A DNA stretch of 63,626 bases, counting the filler, from Octopus bimaculoides (lineage: Eukaryota), in assembly GCF_001194135.2 (NCBI RefSeq). It is 7 parts of 7 records of this genome, joined end to end, with 100 filler letters (N's around TTAATTAATTAA, not from the genome) between each part and the next. Parts side by side here need not be neighbours in the genome. Positions count along the whole stretch, not along the records: positions 41,361 to 54,895 come from NC_068994.1; positions 54,996 to 60,958 come from NC_068991.1; positions 61,059 to 63,626 come from NC_068992.1; 4 more parts are not named here. The stretch is one strand, 5' to 3'. The position numbers and the translations under genes were made by a program. This document shows, one piece after another, positions 50,820 to 62,219 of the stretch (positions within the stretch are counted from its first letter, which is position 1; the number at the start of each line of letters is the position of its first letter). The notes beneath the pieces are model-generated. The model had not been told where the DNA came from, searched no databases, and saw only the letters and a program-made list of their open reading frames with translations.

Positions 50820-51770
50820 AACATCGTCGTCGTCATCGTTGTCATCGTCGTCGTCATCGTAATCATCATCATCAAATTCACCTAACTGGTGCAGCTAGTC
50901 TTTGGAGTGTGTTACTCAAGACGCTTTTGCAGTCAACTGTCGACACTGGTCTCTGTTCTTTGTCACGCGTAGCAGGGTTGCGGTGTTGTGTTCTTGATGT
51001 TGTCAGACTAGGATTTTTTGTCTCTCTCTTTCACCCTCCCTCGACTGTACCCTGAAGGATGATTATTGGACAGCGAAGAGGTGGAAAAGCAATGGAGAGA
51101 GGAAACATCCTTGTAGAATTCCCATGGTTGTCCTGAAAAATTTTCCGATGTTGTTGTTTAGGAGAGTTGTTCTATCTGAGTTTTCATACAGCGCTTGGAT
51201 AACTTTGATGAGGTTCTTGTCGAAGTTGTAATTCTTTACCACCTTCGATAAGCCATCATGGCAAACACGGTCAAATGCTTTTTTGAAGTCGATGAAGTTG
51301 TCATAGGGGTCAGATTGGTGCTGCAGATGTTTTTCAGTGAGCAGTCTAAAGTTAAATATATGCCGCGCTTCATTGTCATTAGGATCAAATAATGAATCAC
51401 TGTTAACATCTGCACCAGTGAGAGTCCAAGACCTAGCCTTATAGATGTTGGAATCAAATTTTTAAGGTACGATAATGAAGTCAGTTGGGTTGTGAGTCCT
51501 GCTATTGGGTGCATGCCATGTTGTTCTGTGCGAGGTCTTTTGTGGGAACAGTGTGTTGGCCAGCTTGCGATTACTTGCAAATTCCATCAGTCGCAATCCA
51601 CGATCGTTGGTTTTCTAGTCCCGAATCTTCTCACTATCCCAGCCCGTTGATCAAATGCATTTGAGCCTACTTTGACGTTCTAATCTCGTTGGATGGTGAG
51701 AACGTCATTTTTTAGGAGCTGCCTTGATGATTTCCTCCAGGTCCTCATAGAACGGCATCATCATCATATT
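50820..51770 (-). mobile_element. RTE-clade LINE with internal deletions
   Basis: FYEDLEEII..D*NVKVG..NDRGLRLMEFAS..LANTLFPQK..TTWHAPN (APE); IFNFRLLTEKHLQHQ..NFIDFKKAFDRV..GILQGCFLSPLLF (RT); LLRVTKNRDQCRQLTAKAS and a (GAT)n tail. Confidence 0.92.
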
Positions 51771-51814
51771 CAAGCGTTAGCACAAATACTTATACATGTA
51801 CATAAACATGCGAA

Positions 51815-51986
51815 ATAGGCGCAGATATGGATGTGTGCTTAAGAAGATCGTTCAGTAACCACACGGTTTCGGGTTCAGTTCCATTGTGTGGCCCCTAGGG
51901 CAAGTGTCATCTACTATAGTCCAGAACCGACTAATGCCCTGTGAGAGAATTTGGTAGACGGGAACTGTGGAAACCCATCGTATATA

Positions 51987-52028
<42 letters not shown>

Positions 52029-52210
52029 CGTGTGTGTGTGAATGTGTCTGTGCGTGTGTGCATGTGTGTATGAGTATGTGTGCGTGTGTAAGTGTATATC
52101 TTATCATCTGAGATAACCGATGTTGGTTTGTTTAATTTCTTGCATCTAGTGTTTCGGAAAAAGAGACCGATATAAGCATCAGACTTAAAAATTCCAACAC
52201 TAGCTGGGAA
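51815..52210 (+). mobile_element. SINE family D, diverged
   Basis: AGGCGCAGATATGG..AACCACACGGTTTCGGGTTCAG..GGGCAAGTGTCATCTACTATAG..GGTAGACGGGAACTG, internal (TG)n. Confidence 0.85.
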
Positions 52211-53270
52211 TTTTTCGCGAATTGTTTTATAAAAGTCTGAGGATGTTTTTATCAATAATCTCTCCTTCGAGGTTTTGAGGATAGATTCTCAAATTCCTTT
52301 TCCTGTATTTCGATTTTGCTTTTGTTTTGATTTTAGAAATTGATCAATTCTCTGTTGCTTTCGTTCACAACAGTGAAATTTTGTATACAGTTGGAAGTAT
52401 TTCATCGTTTTTGGAGTTTCATTATTGATTGTTTCTCTGTCTCTGTGTTTTCTTGTTGCTGTTGTTGATGTTGCTTTGTTGTTGTTCTGGTTGATGTTGT
52501 TGTTGTTGTTGTTGTTGCGTGACTGGTGACTTGGGCTGTAGTTGTTGTTTCCCTATCTAGTGAGAAATCTCCCAGATTTCTTGCTCCACTCGGAAATGAA
52601 ATCCCCTTTCCGGCGTCTCTTGTTATGGCTGTAACGACTTCAGCTGCTACAGCTGAGGCGTTGGTGGCGGCAACTGAGGCAGTGAAGACAGTGGTGGCGG
52701 TGGTGGTGGTGGCATTTCTTCCAAAATTTTCTTTTCTTTTTTAGATTTGTTACCGGTATTGTTGTTGGTGTTGTTATTGTTGTTGTTGCTGTTACTACAC
52801 CTGCTGTTGATACTGGAATTGTCGAATGTGTTGTTGAATTGTTGATTGCTGAATTGTCAAATATTTTGAAGCTGTTAACAGACAAAAAATGTATTACCTT
52901 CTGTGTTTATTTACTGTAGTCAATGCTACGTCGGTAGTCTTATGCTTTTCGGACAAGGAACGCGTCTCATCATCGAACATTATTAGTTTTTTCTCCACCT
53001 TATTTCAAAATATTTGCTTTCTCAAAATAGTTCAAGAAAGTTCTAAAATATTGATATGAACACCCTGCAAAACAGAGAGTGTCTCTACACAAAATCATTA
53101 CAAGCTTAGTCCAGCCAATATTAAAAACAAGGTTGTACCAATTAAAATGAATGAACAGGGCCTCAACATGTCGAACACATTGAAAACACTCTTACGGTTT
53201 ACGGAGCTTCAAGTTCTCGTATCTTCCCAGTATGGTGGCATAACAATAACAACAATGATAATAATGATAA

Positions 53271-53297
53271 CTAGCTGGACCCGTGAAACATTCACGG
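53271..53297 (-). mobile_element. Helitron 3' terminus
   Basis: Reverse strand CCGTGAA-TGT-TTCACGG hairpin, 6-nt spacer GTCCAG, then CTAG|T. Confidence 0.75.
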
Positions 53298-53364
53298 AAA
53301 ACATAAAAAATATAAGCACCTGTAAACAGTATACTGGTGCCATGAGAAATGTTTGTATATTATG

Positions 53365-53500
53365 ACCGTTTGTCTTTACGTTCCGAGTTCAAATTCTGTC
53401 GAGATCGGCTTTGCCTTTCGGGGTCGATACATTAAGTATCAGTTGTGTACTGGGGTCGATCTAATTAACTGGTCCCATTCTCACAAAAAATTCAGGCCTT
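53365..53500 (+). mobile_element. SINE family A fragment
   Basis: GTCTTTACGTTCCGAGTTCAAATTCTGTCGAGATCGGCTTTGCCTTTCGGGGTCGAT..CTGGGGTCGATCTAAT. Confidence 0.85.
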
Positions 53501-53764
53501 GAAAAGTATATTGTGACAGTTACAGAATATAGAAAGTAATGTAACACCAATGACTATATAATCCAACCAAAATATGTTACACAAACGTAAATGGAATTAC
53601 TATTTAACCTTAAAATACTTCGTACATATTCAAAGAACCTTAATGTACAAATTGAAATGCAAAAGAACGAAATAATAAATGAATTTATGAATGAAAGTTT
53701 GATAATTGCGATTATTTCCACCACGTGACACTTATTATTGCAAACATGTTTTAATTAACCTAAA

Positions 53765-53766
<2 letters not shown>

Positions 53767-53860
<94 letters not shown>
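53767..53860. repeat. (CA)n microsatellite
   Basis: Direct inspection. Confidence 0.97.
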
Positions 53861-53861
<1 letters not shown>

Positions 53862-54379
53862 TACATTCATATATATATATATGTATATATAAATGTCTCG
53901 AGTTATAGCTGTAATATTCTGTGTGAAGCTGAATCTCCCTGAGAGCTACGTTAATTTTATACGTCTTACCCACTTGTGAGTTAATTTTATCGTCAAAAGT
54001 GAAATTGACATCCAATATTTGCTGTGTGCATGTATGTATGTATGTATGGACTTTTCTTTGGATTTATGTATCTACTGTCTCTCTCACTTTCTCTCTTTCT
54101 CTTTCTCTCTTTCTCTTTCACTTCCTTTGTGTCCCTCTTCTCTCCTGCTTTTGATTTAACAATGTGTATATGTATCTATTTATCTACTTCTCTTGCGATG
54201 AACGCCGTCACCACTCACTACCTCTTTCACCCTCTCTCACTCTCTTATTTTCTCTCTCACTTTCCCTTTCTCTCTCACTTACTTCTTCTCTGTCCTCTCT
54301 TTCGCTTTGCCACTTCTTTGAAGTGTGACGCACACAACAGGTACGTACAAAACAAAACGTTGGTGTATTAATATTATCG

Positions 54380-54527
<148 letters not shown>

Positions 54528-54895
54528 GACACCGGAGAAGTTTAACAGAAAAAAAGACACCGGGGAAGTTTAACATGTGAGTACGATAAATCACTGCTCC
54601 GAAACTTATCCAAAAACATCGGAAATAAAGACATCGCATGGAGCCAAAAAATAGCTGACAAAGGGTTGGACTATATCCGAGTAAGTAATACTCATTGAAA
54701 TTTATTTCTATTTTTCCAAATATAATGATGTATTTTAACTTGATACCTCCACTACCCGCACAGCGATCGTAAACACACGTGTTACATCAAAATCAGACCA
54801 TCTTCGAACCCCAAAACACCATGTACAAAAACATTACAAACAGATTAAATAACACCGGTATTATTCCACCCAAGAATAACAACCGAGAAGTACGT

Positions 54896-54995
54896 NNNNN
54901 NNNNNNNNNNNNNNNNNNNNNNNNNNNNNNNNNNNNNNNTTAATTAATTAANNNNNNNNNNNNNNNNNNNNNNNNNNNNNNNNNNNNNNNNNNNN
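54896..54995. other. Assembly spacer
   Basis: 44 N + TTAATTAATTAA + 44 N. Confidence 0.97.
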
Positions 54996-55119
54996 GGAAT
55001 TTATTTCTTCCTTGTATCTATAACAACATAATAAAATTTACGCGACAAAACATGACATCTAAATTTGTCATTTGTAACATTCACTTCTTAGAATGTGTGT
55101 GAAAACACTCGGGAAAAAT

Positions 55120-55375
55120 TAGTGCTAAATTGAATAAATTTATTCCGAACTCGAATGCTCACGTGCGAATTTGAATGTTCGAAAAGACGCTTCCTCACAT
55201 TCCGACTAATTTGAATGCTCTCGACGGGCATTTTAATTTGACTGATGTAAATGCTAAATTCTTTGATCGAAGTGCGAAACTAAATGATCGAAGAACGAAT
55301 TTGAATGACTAACATCATGGCGCTAATTTTTCTCCGCGACCTTGAATGACCCGATAATCAAATTGAATGACAAAC
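55120..55375. repeat. Degenerate ~20-21-bp minisatellite anchored on TTGAATG
   Basis: TTGAATG or close variants at ~55130, 55151, 55171, 55211, 55301, 55342 and 55363. Confidence 0.7.
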
Positions 55376-55474
55376 GTAGGAAAATGACTGCAAAAAACCT
55401 ATTGTATAAAAGACTATTAGTGAATGCCCCACGTCCCGCGCAGACGAAAGATGCTCATGTAGGGTTAACAGTAA

Positions 55475-55745
55475 GTGCCAGTGAATAGTCAACGCAACAC
55501 AGAGGTTATAGTCTATGAAGCAGAGGTGAAGTCGTCCAACAACAACAACGGAGGAACATACGCTAATAAATGTGATGGCTTAATAATCACAGAACCTCTT
55601 AGAATCCTTGAAAGGCTCAATTTTATAACGTTAGTCAGTTATATATGGCGATTAAAAAAGGAAGAAACGCCATACAAAATCGACTGGAAACTGCTGGAAC
55701 GACCTGAGCCATATCTGAATGGAAGAAAATACTGCAAACTTAAAC
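55475..55745 (+). mobile_element. Penelope-like element GIY-YIG fragment (third family)
   Basis: PVNSQRNTEVIVYEAEVKS..TY..TLVSYIWRLKKEETPYKIDWKLLERPEPYLNGRKYCKL (compare CPLNGxC..VVYKA..LSKYIWxLK..IxW). Confidence 0.8.
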
Positions 55746-55852
55746 CTGGCGTCTTTCGGCCACAGCTGATATCAGCTCATCGGAGGCAACTCTTCTTTCC
55801 CTCCTGGAAAATGCTAAAACTTTTTACCACATTTTTATTCCGGTCACAAGGC

Positions 55853-55902
<50 letters not shown>

Positions 55903-56244
55903 ATGACGTTGACCACTAACGTGAACATTTAATGTGCTAGAAATAGATCACATCTTGTGTCTAAAAAGACCTAAATTNNNNNNNNNNNNNNNNNNNNNNN
56001 NNNNNNNNNNNNNNNNNNNNNNNNNNNNNNNNNNNNNNNNNNNNNNNNNNNNNNNNNNNNNNNNNNNNNNNNNNNNNNNNNNNNNNNNNNNNNNNNNNNN
56101 NNNNNNNNNNNNNNNNNNNNNNNNNNNNNNNNNNNNNNNNNNNNNNNNNNNNNNNNNNNNNNNNNNNNNNNNNNNNNNNNNNNNNNNNNNNNNNNNNNNN
56201 NNNNNNNNNNNNNNNNNNNNNNNNNNNNNNNNNNNNNNNNNNNN

Positions 56245-56305
<61 letters not shown>

Positions 56306-56323
56306 CAATTATTCGGTAGCCAT

Positions 56324-56384
56324 GATAAAACTCCGAGTTTCGGATGTCGGGACGGAAACCCACGCCGCCATCTCTTCAGTTATC
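56324..56384 (-). ncRNA. Minimal type I hammerhead ribozyme motif, probably from a Penelope terminal repeat
   Basis: GAUAA CUGAAGA GAUG[..]CAUC C GAAAC UCGGA GUU UUAUC: complete core, 5-bp stem I, 4-bp basal stem II, 2-bp stem III with a near-palindromic loop. Confidence 0.7.
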
Positions 56385-56423
56385 TGGCCATCGAAAAATC
56401 AGATAACTGAAGAGATGGCGGCG
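56363..56423. repeat. Perfect 24-bp inverted repeat with a 13-nt loop
   Basis: CGCCGCCATCTCTTCAGTTATCTG (56363-56386) and CAGATAACTGAAGAGATGGCGGCG (56400-56423). Confidence 0.95.
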
Positions 56424-56569
56424 GCGGTGGTGGTGATGAACTGAAGTCTATTTATGATAAGAACATGAAATAAGTGATGCTGTGTGATGTTTAACAGTCG
56501 CAGACTGATCAGGTGTTTATTCCTTACATTTAGATAAACCGATTTCCAAAATACAGTTTATAACTGAAC

Positions 56570-56885
56570 ACTGCCACATTGATCTGTTTTGGTACTTATT
56601 CCACCAATTATCCAAATGAATTAGACAGTAGAATGTGACCTGTATAATCTTACATTGATCAGCTACCTTTTCCTGTCAACTAATTGATCTGATTTTGTGG
56701 ACTGCAGTCTGAGAAGTCTCAGATTGATCTGGTATCTGTTCCTAACAACCAGTGCAACTGACTGGCAGGTTCAAGTCTGACTTACATACAACCAGATTGA
56801 TGTATCTTTTCCTGGTAGTGAGTAGCTATTGATTCATGGACTGTGGTTCATTATTGAAAATTACCAAATTGATCTACAGCCATGC
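56570..56885. repeat. Degenerate ~37-bp repeat anchored on ATTGATCT
   Basis: Motif or variants at 56578, 56654, 56683, 56723, 56796, 56829 and 56868. Confidence 0.6.
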
Positions 56886-57544
56886 ATGACAGCTATGTGT
56901 CTTGGACTGGTAGAGAGCTGAATATTTCCATATTCATCTGATACATATTCCTCACAGATATGTAGATAGACCAATGGATGGAATTAGTCAATCATCTCTT
57001 CATAATAGCAGCTAGGCTAAATGATTAGTACACTATGACTGCAGGTCAAAATTTTGCCTGATTAATCTGAAACCTATTCATTAATAATGAATGAATCAAT
57101 GGACCCTCTGTGGAGACTTTGACATGCTAGAAATAGCAGTCAAATCTCTCTGAAATAGCACTATATTTCATAAAGAAGGTGGGATATACAAAACAATAAG
57201 ATGCATCTGATCATATGCCTACCCTCAAACGGCAACAGCAAACCCATGAGAAACCAATTGGTGGACTGGAATCTGTGAATGAATATTAAAACGAGTATTT
57301 CATGTTGATCCTGTAGCTACTACTGACACCAAAATGAACAGAAGGTTGACTGATTTCTAAGCTGTCTCATTGCTCTAGAAGCTATTATTCTCAGGGTGAA
57401 CTGTGTTCTGAGCTTCATTGAACTGGTTATTATTCCTTATACCAGGGTAAAATGAATAGCAAAATGTATTATCAGCCATTACACACGCTGGACGCTACAA
57501 GTTTGTGCACATAATATATTGGTTTTCGGGGCACATAATGCATT

Positions 57545-57730
57545 GGTCTTTCATTCTTTCGAGGTTGATAAAATAAGTACCAGTTGAGCACTGGGGGTTG
57601 ATAAAGTCAGTACCAGTTGAGCACTAGGGTCGATAAAATAAGTACTATTTGAGCATTGGAGTCAATGTAATTGACTAAACTCCTCTCTAAAACTGCTGGC
57701 CTTGTGCCAAAATTTGAAACCAATATTGTA
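57545..57730 (+). mobile_element. SINE family A 3' half with an internal ~31-bp unit triplicated
   Basis: GATAAA(ATA/GTC)AGTAC(CAG/TAT)TTGAGCA occurs three times before the usual tail GGCCTTGTGCCAAAATTTGAAACC. Confidence 0.85.
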
Positions 57731-58636
57731 CGAATCATAAGTTCTACTGAGAAGGAACATGAAAAATGGCTTCGTTTACTTATCGGGAAAAAATAGCAGA
57801 GTACAACTTAGTGAACAACCTTAACAAGTGTTTCTGGTAGTTAGAACTAATANNNNNNNNNNNNNNNNNNNNNNNNNNNNNNNNNNNNNNNNNNNNNNNN
57901 NNNNNNNNNNNNNNNNNNNNNNNNNNNNNNNNNNNNNNNNNNNNNNNNNNNNNNNNNNNNNNNNNNNNNNNNNNNNNNNNNNNNNNNNNNNNNNNNNNNN
58001 NNNNNNNNNNNNNNNNNNNNNNNNNNNNNNNNNNNNNNNNNNNNNNNNNNNNNNNNNNNNNNNNNNNNNNNNNNNNNNNNNNNNNNNNNNNNNNNNNNNN
58101 NNNNNNNNNNNNNNNNNNNNNNNNNNNNNNNNNNNNNNNNNNNNNNNNNNNNNNNNNNNNNNNNNNNNNNNNNNNNNNNNNNNNNNNNNNNNNNNNNNNN
58201 NNNNNNNNNNNNNNNNNNNNNNNNNNNNNNNNNNNNNNNNNNNNNNNNNNNNNNNNNNNNNNNNNNNNNNNNNNNNNNNNNNNNNNNNNNNNNNNNNNNN
58301 NNNNNNNNNNNNNNNNNNNNNNNNNNNNNNNNNNNNNNNNNNNNNNNNNNNNNNNNNNNNNNNNNNNNNNNNNNNNNNNNNNNNNNNNNNNNNNNNNNNN
58401 NNNNNNNNNNNNNNNNNNNNNNNNNNNNNNNNNNNNNNNNNNNNNNNNNNNNNNNNNNNNNNNNNNNNNNNNNNNNNNNNNNNNNNNNNNNNNNNNNNNN
58501 NNNNNNNNNNNNNNNNNNNNNNNNNNNNNNNNNNNNNNNNNNNNNNNNNNNNNNNNNNNNNNNNNNNNNNNNNNNNNNNNNNNNNNNNNNNNNNNNNNNN
58601 NNNNNNNNNNNNNNNNNNNNNNNNNNNNNNNNNNNN

Positions 58637-58695
<59 letters not shown>

Positions 58696-58744
58696 TTTCT
58701 CAATAAATTTAATATTTCCTATCAACCACTGACTGAAACTGTAG

Positions 58745-58960
58745 TGGCGTCCGGCTTAGTGGTCAGGGTGTTAGACTCACGATCATAAGATTGTGGTTTC
58801 GATCCATGGACCTGGTAATGCGTTGCGTTCTTGAGCAAAACACTTCATTTTTATGTTGCTCCAGTCAATTCGGCTGGTGAAAATGATTAATCCTGCAAAT
58901 GGACCGGCGTCCAGTCCAGGAAGAAACATATTCGCCAGAGAAACCGGGACTCCTTCTCTA
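58745..58960 (+). mobile_element. SINE family C variant
   Basis: GGCTTAGTGGTCAGGGTGTTAGACTCACGATC..TTCGATCC..GTTCTTGAGCAAAACACTTCATT; the 3' part differs from the other family-C copies. Confidence 0.75.
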
Positions 58961-59287
58961 TGGTCCTGACGAAGTAATGTAGACTAACAACTGAGTGAAA
59001 CTCGGGTAAAGTCGCTTTTTGCACGTCAACCAATTACTTTGGACGCGAAAAGATGAAGTCAAAATTTCAGTTTCCTCCACCACCAAAAGCTGATATGCTT
59101 TTGTGTTGATTGACAGGAGTGTGGATTATAGGGATAGGAGGAGTTCTTCAGCAACAGTTAGACCAGTGGTTCTCAACTATTTTTTGCCTACGGACCCCTT
59201 TAGTTTCTGTTTTTACTCTAATGGACCACCATGTTAAAAAAAAATCCTATTATTGCATTTTTATGATTAAATAGTATTAGGAATTGT

Positions 59288-59676
59288 GGAGGCGCAATGG
59301 CCCAGTGGTTAGGGCAGCGGACTCGCGGTCGTAGGATCGCGGATTCGATTCCCAGACCAGGCGTTGTGAGTGTTTATTGAGCGTAAACACCTAAAAGCTC
59401 CACGAGGCTCCGGCAGGGTATGGTGGCGAACCCTGCTGTACTCTTTCACCACAACTTTCTCTCACTCTATCTTCCTGTTTCTGTTGTACCTGTATTTCAA
59501 AGGGCCAGCCTTGTCGCACTGTGTCACGCTGAATATCCCCCGAGAACTTCGTTAAGGGTACACATGTCTGTGGAGTGCTCAGCCACTTGCACGTTAATTT
59601 CACGAGCAGGCTGTTCCGTTGTTCGGATCAATTGGAACCCACGTCGTCGTAACCGACGGAGTACCAACCAGCCAAC
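59288..59676 (+). mobile_element. SINE family B, full length
   Basis: tRNA-like head GGAGGCGCAATGGCCCAGTGG..TTCGATTCCC; 15-bp TSD AGTATTAGGAATTGT at 59273-59287 and 59677-59691. Confidence 0.93.
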
Positions 59677-59691
59677 AGTATTAGGAATTGT

Positions 59692-59990
59692 ATGGATCAG
59701 TGGTTAGAGCGTCGGGCTCACAGTGATTAGGTAGTGGTTTTCGATTCTTGGACTGAGATGTTTGTTGTGTTCTTGAGCAAGACACTTTATTTCACGTTGC
59801 TCCAATTCCCCGAGCTGTAGAAATGAGTAGCGACGTCACTGGTGCCAAGCTGTATCAGCCTTTGCTTTCCTCCTGGATATCATTGGTAACGTGAGGAAGG
59901 GAGGCTGGTATGCCCGGACTTGTGCCCCGGAGGGCAACTTTCTAGGTGCAATTCCATGGTCATTCATGATTGAAGCGGGGTCTTTATCCT
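59692..59990 (+). mobile_element. SINE family C
   Basis: TCAGTGGTTAGAGCGTCGGGCTCAC..GTGTTCTTGAGCAAGACACTTTATTTCACG..GGTGCCAAGCTGTATC..CTTTCTAGGTGCAAT. Confidence 0.88.
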
Positions 59991-60150
59991 TATTAAAACA
60001 TTGTTAAGATATTTTGTGCGTTGTAGAAGTATAACTAATTTATTGCAGATAAATTTTAACAACAAAATCTTATATGGACTCCCAAGAGTCATACAGACCC
60101 CGGTTGAGAACCGCTCGGTTGGATGGAACTGACAACCGCTCTGTTTTTCC

Positions 60151-60592
60151 TTTTACCCTGCGCGCGTAAGCGAAAGCAGGGTATTGTAATCACTTGTCTT
60201 TGTCTGTTTGTCTGTGTGTTTGCAAAATTACTGGAAAACGGCTGAACGGAATTTCACCAAATTTGGCAGAAATACTCAGTGGTTGAGTGGCTCGAAATGA
60301 TGAAAATTTGGTTTGATTGTCTTCAAACATACATAAATGCATACATAGATATGTGACTGTGTGTGTGTGTGTGTGTGTATATGCGTGCATGCGTTCGCGC
60401 GCGTATGTACGGTGATGGATTCGCGGGTTTCGTTTATTTACGAGTTGATTTCTTAATTTCATCGGAGTATAAAGACCTATAATGGCGATAGCTAAAAATC
60501 AAAAATTAATTCAGTTCAATTAAAAAGCATAGATAAGCAACGCATGTAAGCCATTTATCTGCGCGCAGGGTATGCGTCGCTCCTCCAATGCC
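60151..60592 (+). mobile_element. Helentron-associated (HINE/DINE-1-like) non-autonomous element
   Basis: T-rich flanks; 5' subTIR TACCCTGCGCGC (60154-60165) with partial partner GCAGGGTA (60176-60183); GTCT/GTTT microsatellite; 3' subTIR GCGCGCAGGGTA (60561-60572) followed by a short degenerate hairpin and T7. Confidence 0.8.
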
Positions 60593-60687
60593 TTTTTTTG
60601 TATATGTATACATATACATGTATATGTACACCATTTCGATACTGTAATGACAGATACTTTCAGAGAGAGAAAGAGAGAGAGAGAGAA

Positions 60688-60736
<49 letters not shown>

Positions 60737-60958
60737 TGTATATGTATACATATAGATGTATATGTACACGTATATGTATAGATATAGAGAGAGAGATGTA
60801 TATGTATATATATAGATGTATATGTACACGTATATGTATATATATATATAGATCTATATGCATACATGTATATGTATACATATGTGTAGATGTATAGATA
60901 TATATATATATAGATGTACATGTAATATGTACACATATATACATATATACATGCATAC

Positions 60959-61058
60959 NNNNNNNNNNNNNNNNNNNNNNNNNNNNNNNNNNNNNNNNNN
61001 NNTTAATTAATTAANNNNNNNNNNNNNNNNNNNNNNNNNNNNNNNNNNNNNNNNNNNN
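60959..61058. other. Assembly spacer
   Basis: 44 N + TTAATTAATTAA + 44 N. Confidence 0.97.
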
Positions 61059-61127
<69 letters not shown>

Positions 61128-61494
61128 TGCGCATGCATTTACGTAGGGGTCCATCATTGTTTATATCTGTTGTATATATCTAATGTAGATATGAGTACGT
61201 ATATATACTTCCCTGTCTGTGTATGATATGTAAGGGTTTCTGTGTTTTTGTTCATGTAAATTTGTAGAAGGGCATACACAAATACACACGCACGCACGCA
61301 CACACATACACACTCATACAGACACACATATACATATTTGTATGTACATACTCAAGTTTTCAATTCTATTTTCAATAAATACACACACACACACACACAC
61401 ACAAATATATATATATTCGCACATATTTGTATTAATATATAACGTATACACACTTTTATCTATTTACCTGCGTGTGTAGCTAACTACATACACA

Positions 61495-62022
<528 letters not shown>

Positions 62023-62219
62023 CGATGATTAGAAGAACACTAGCGTCAATATGTATCCGTTTCCTTCTATTAAATTCTAGCTGACGTTGCCATTTCATTT
62101 TAAATCTAAAATTAAATCTCAAACAAGTCTTTCATTAAAATCACATTTCTTTCTCTCACTTCGATTTTTATTACAACTCTTTTCATTGTCACGGATTGGA
62201 ATTACTTCCAAGTTGATGC

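Larger units (their letters stand above)
59164..60116. mobile_element. hAT (Charlie-type) MITE interrupted by two SINEs
   Basis: TIRs CAGTGGTTCTCAAC and GTTGAGAACCGCTC; 8-bp flanks AGTTAGAC and GGTTGGAT differ only by transitions. Confidence 0.8.

Noticed and set aside
54548-54681. Open frame ..CEYDKSLLRNLSKNIGNKDIAWSQKIADKGLDYIR followed by GTAAGT
   Set aside because: Good donor but no polypyrimidine acceptor and no recognisable homology.
55120-55375. CRISPR-like repeat/spacer look (also 14835-15435)
   Set aside because: The conserved word is only ~7 nt or the whole unit is homologous; eukaryotic context; no cas genes.
58955-59020. Hammerhead candidate CTGACGA..GAAACTCGGGTA
   Set aside because: Core words are present but neither stem I nor stem II pairs convincingly.
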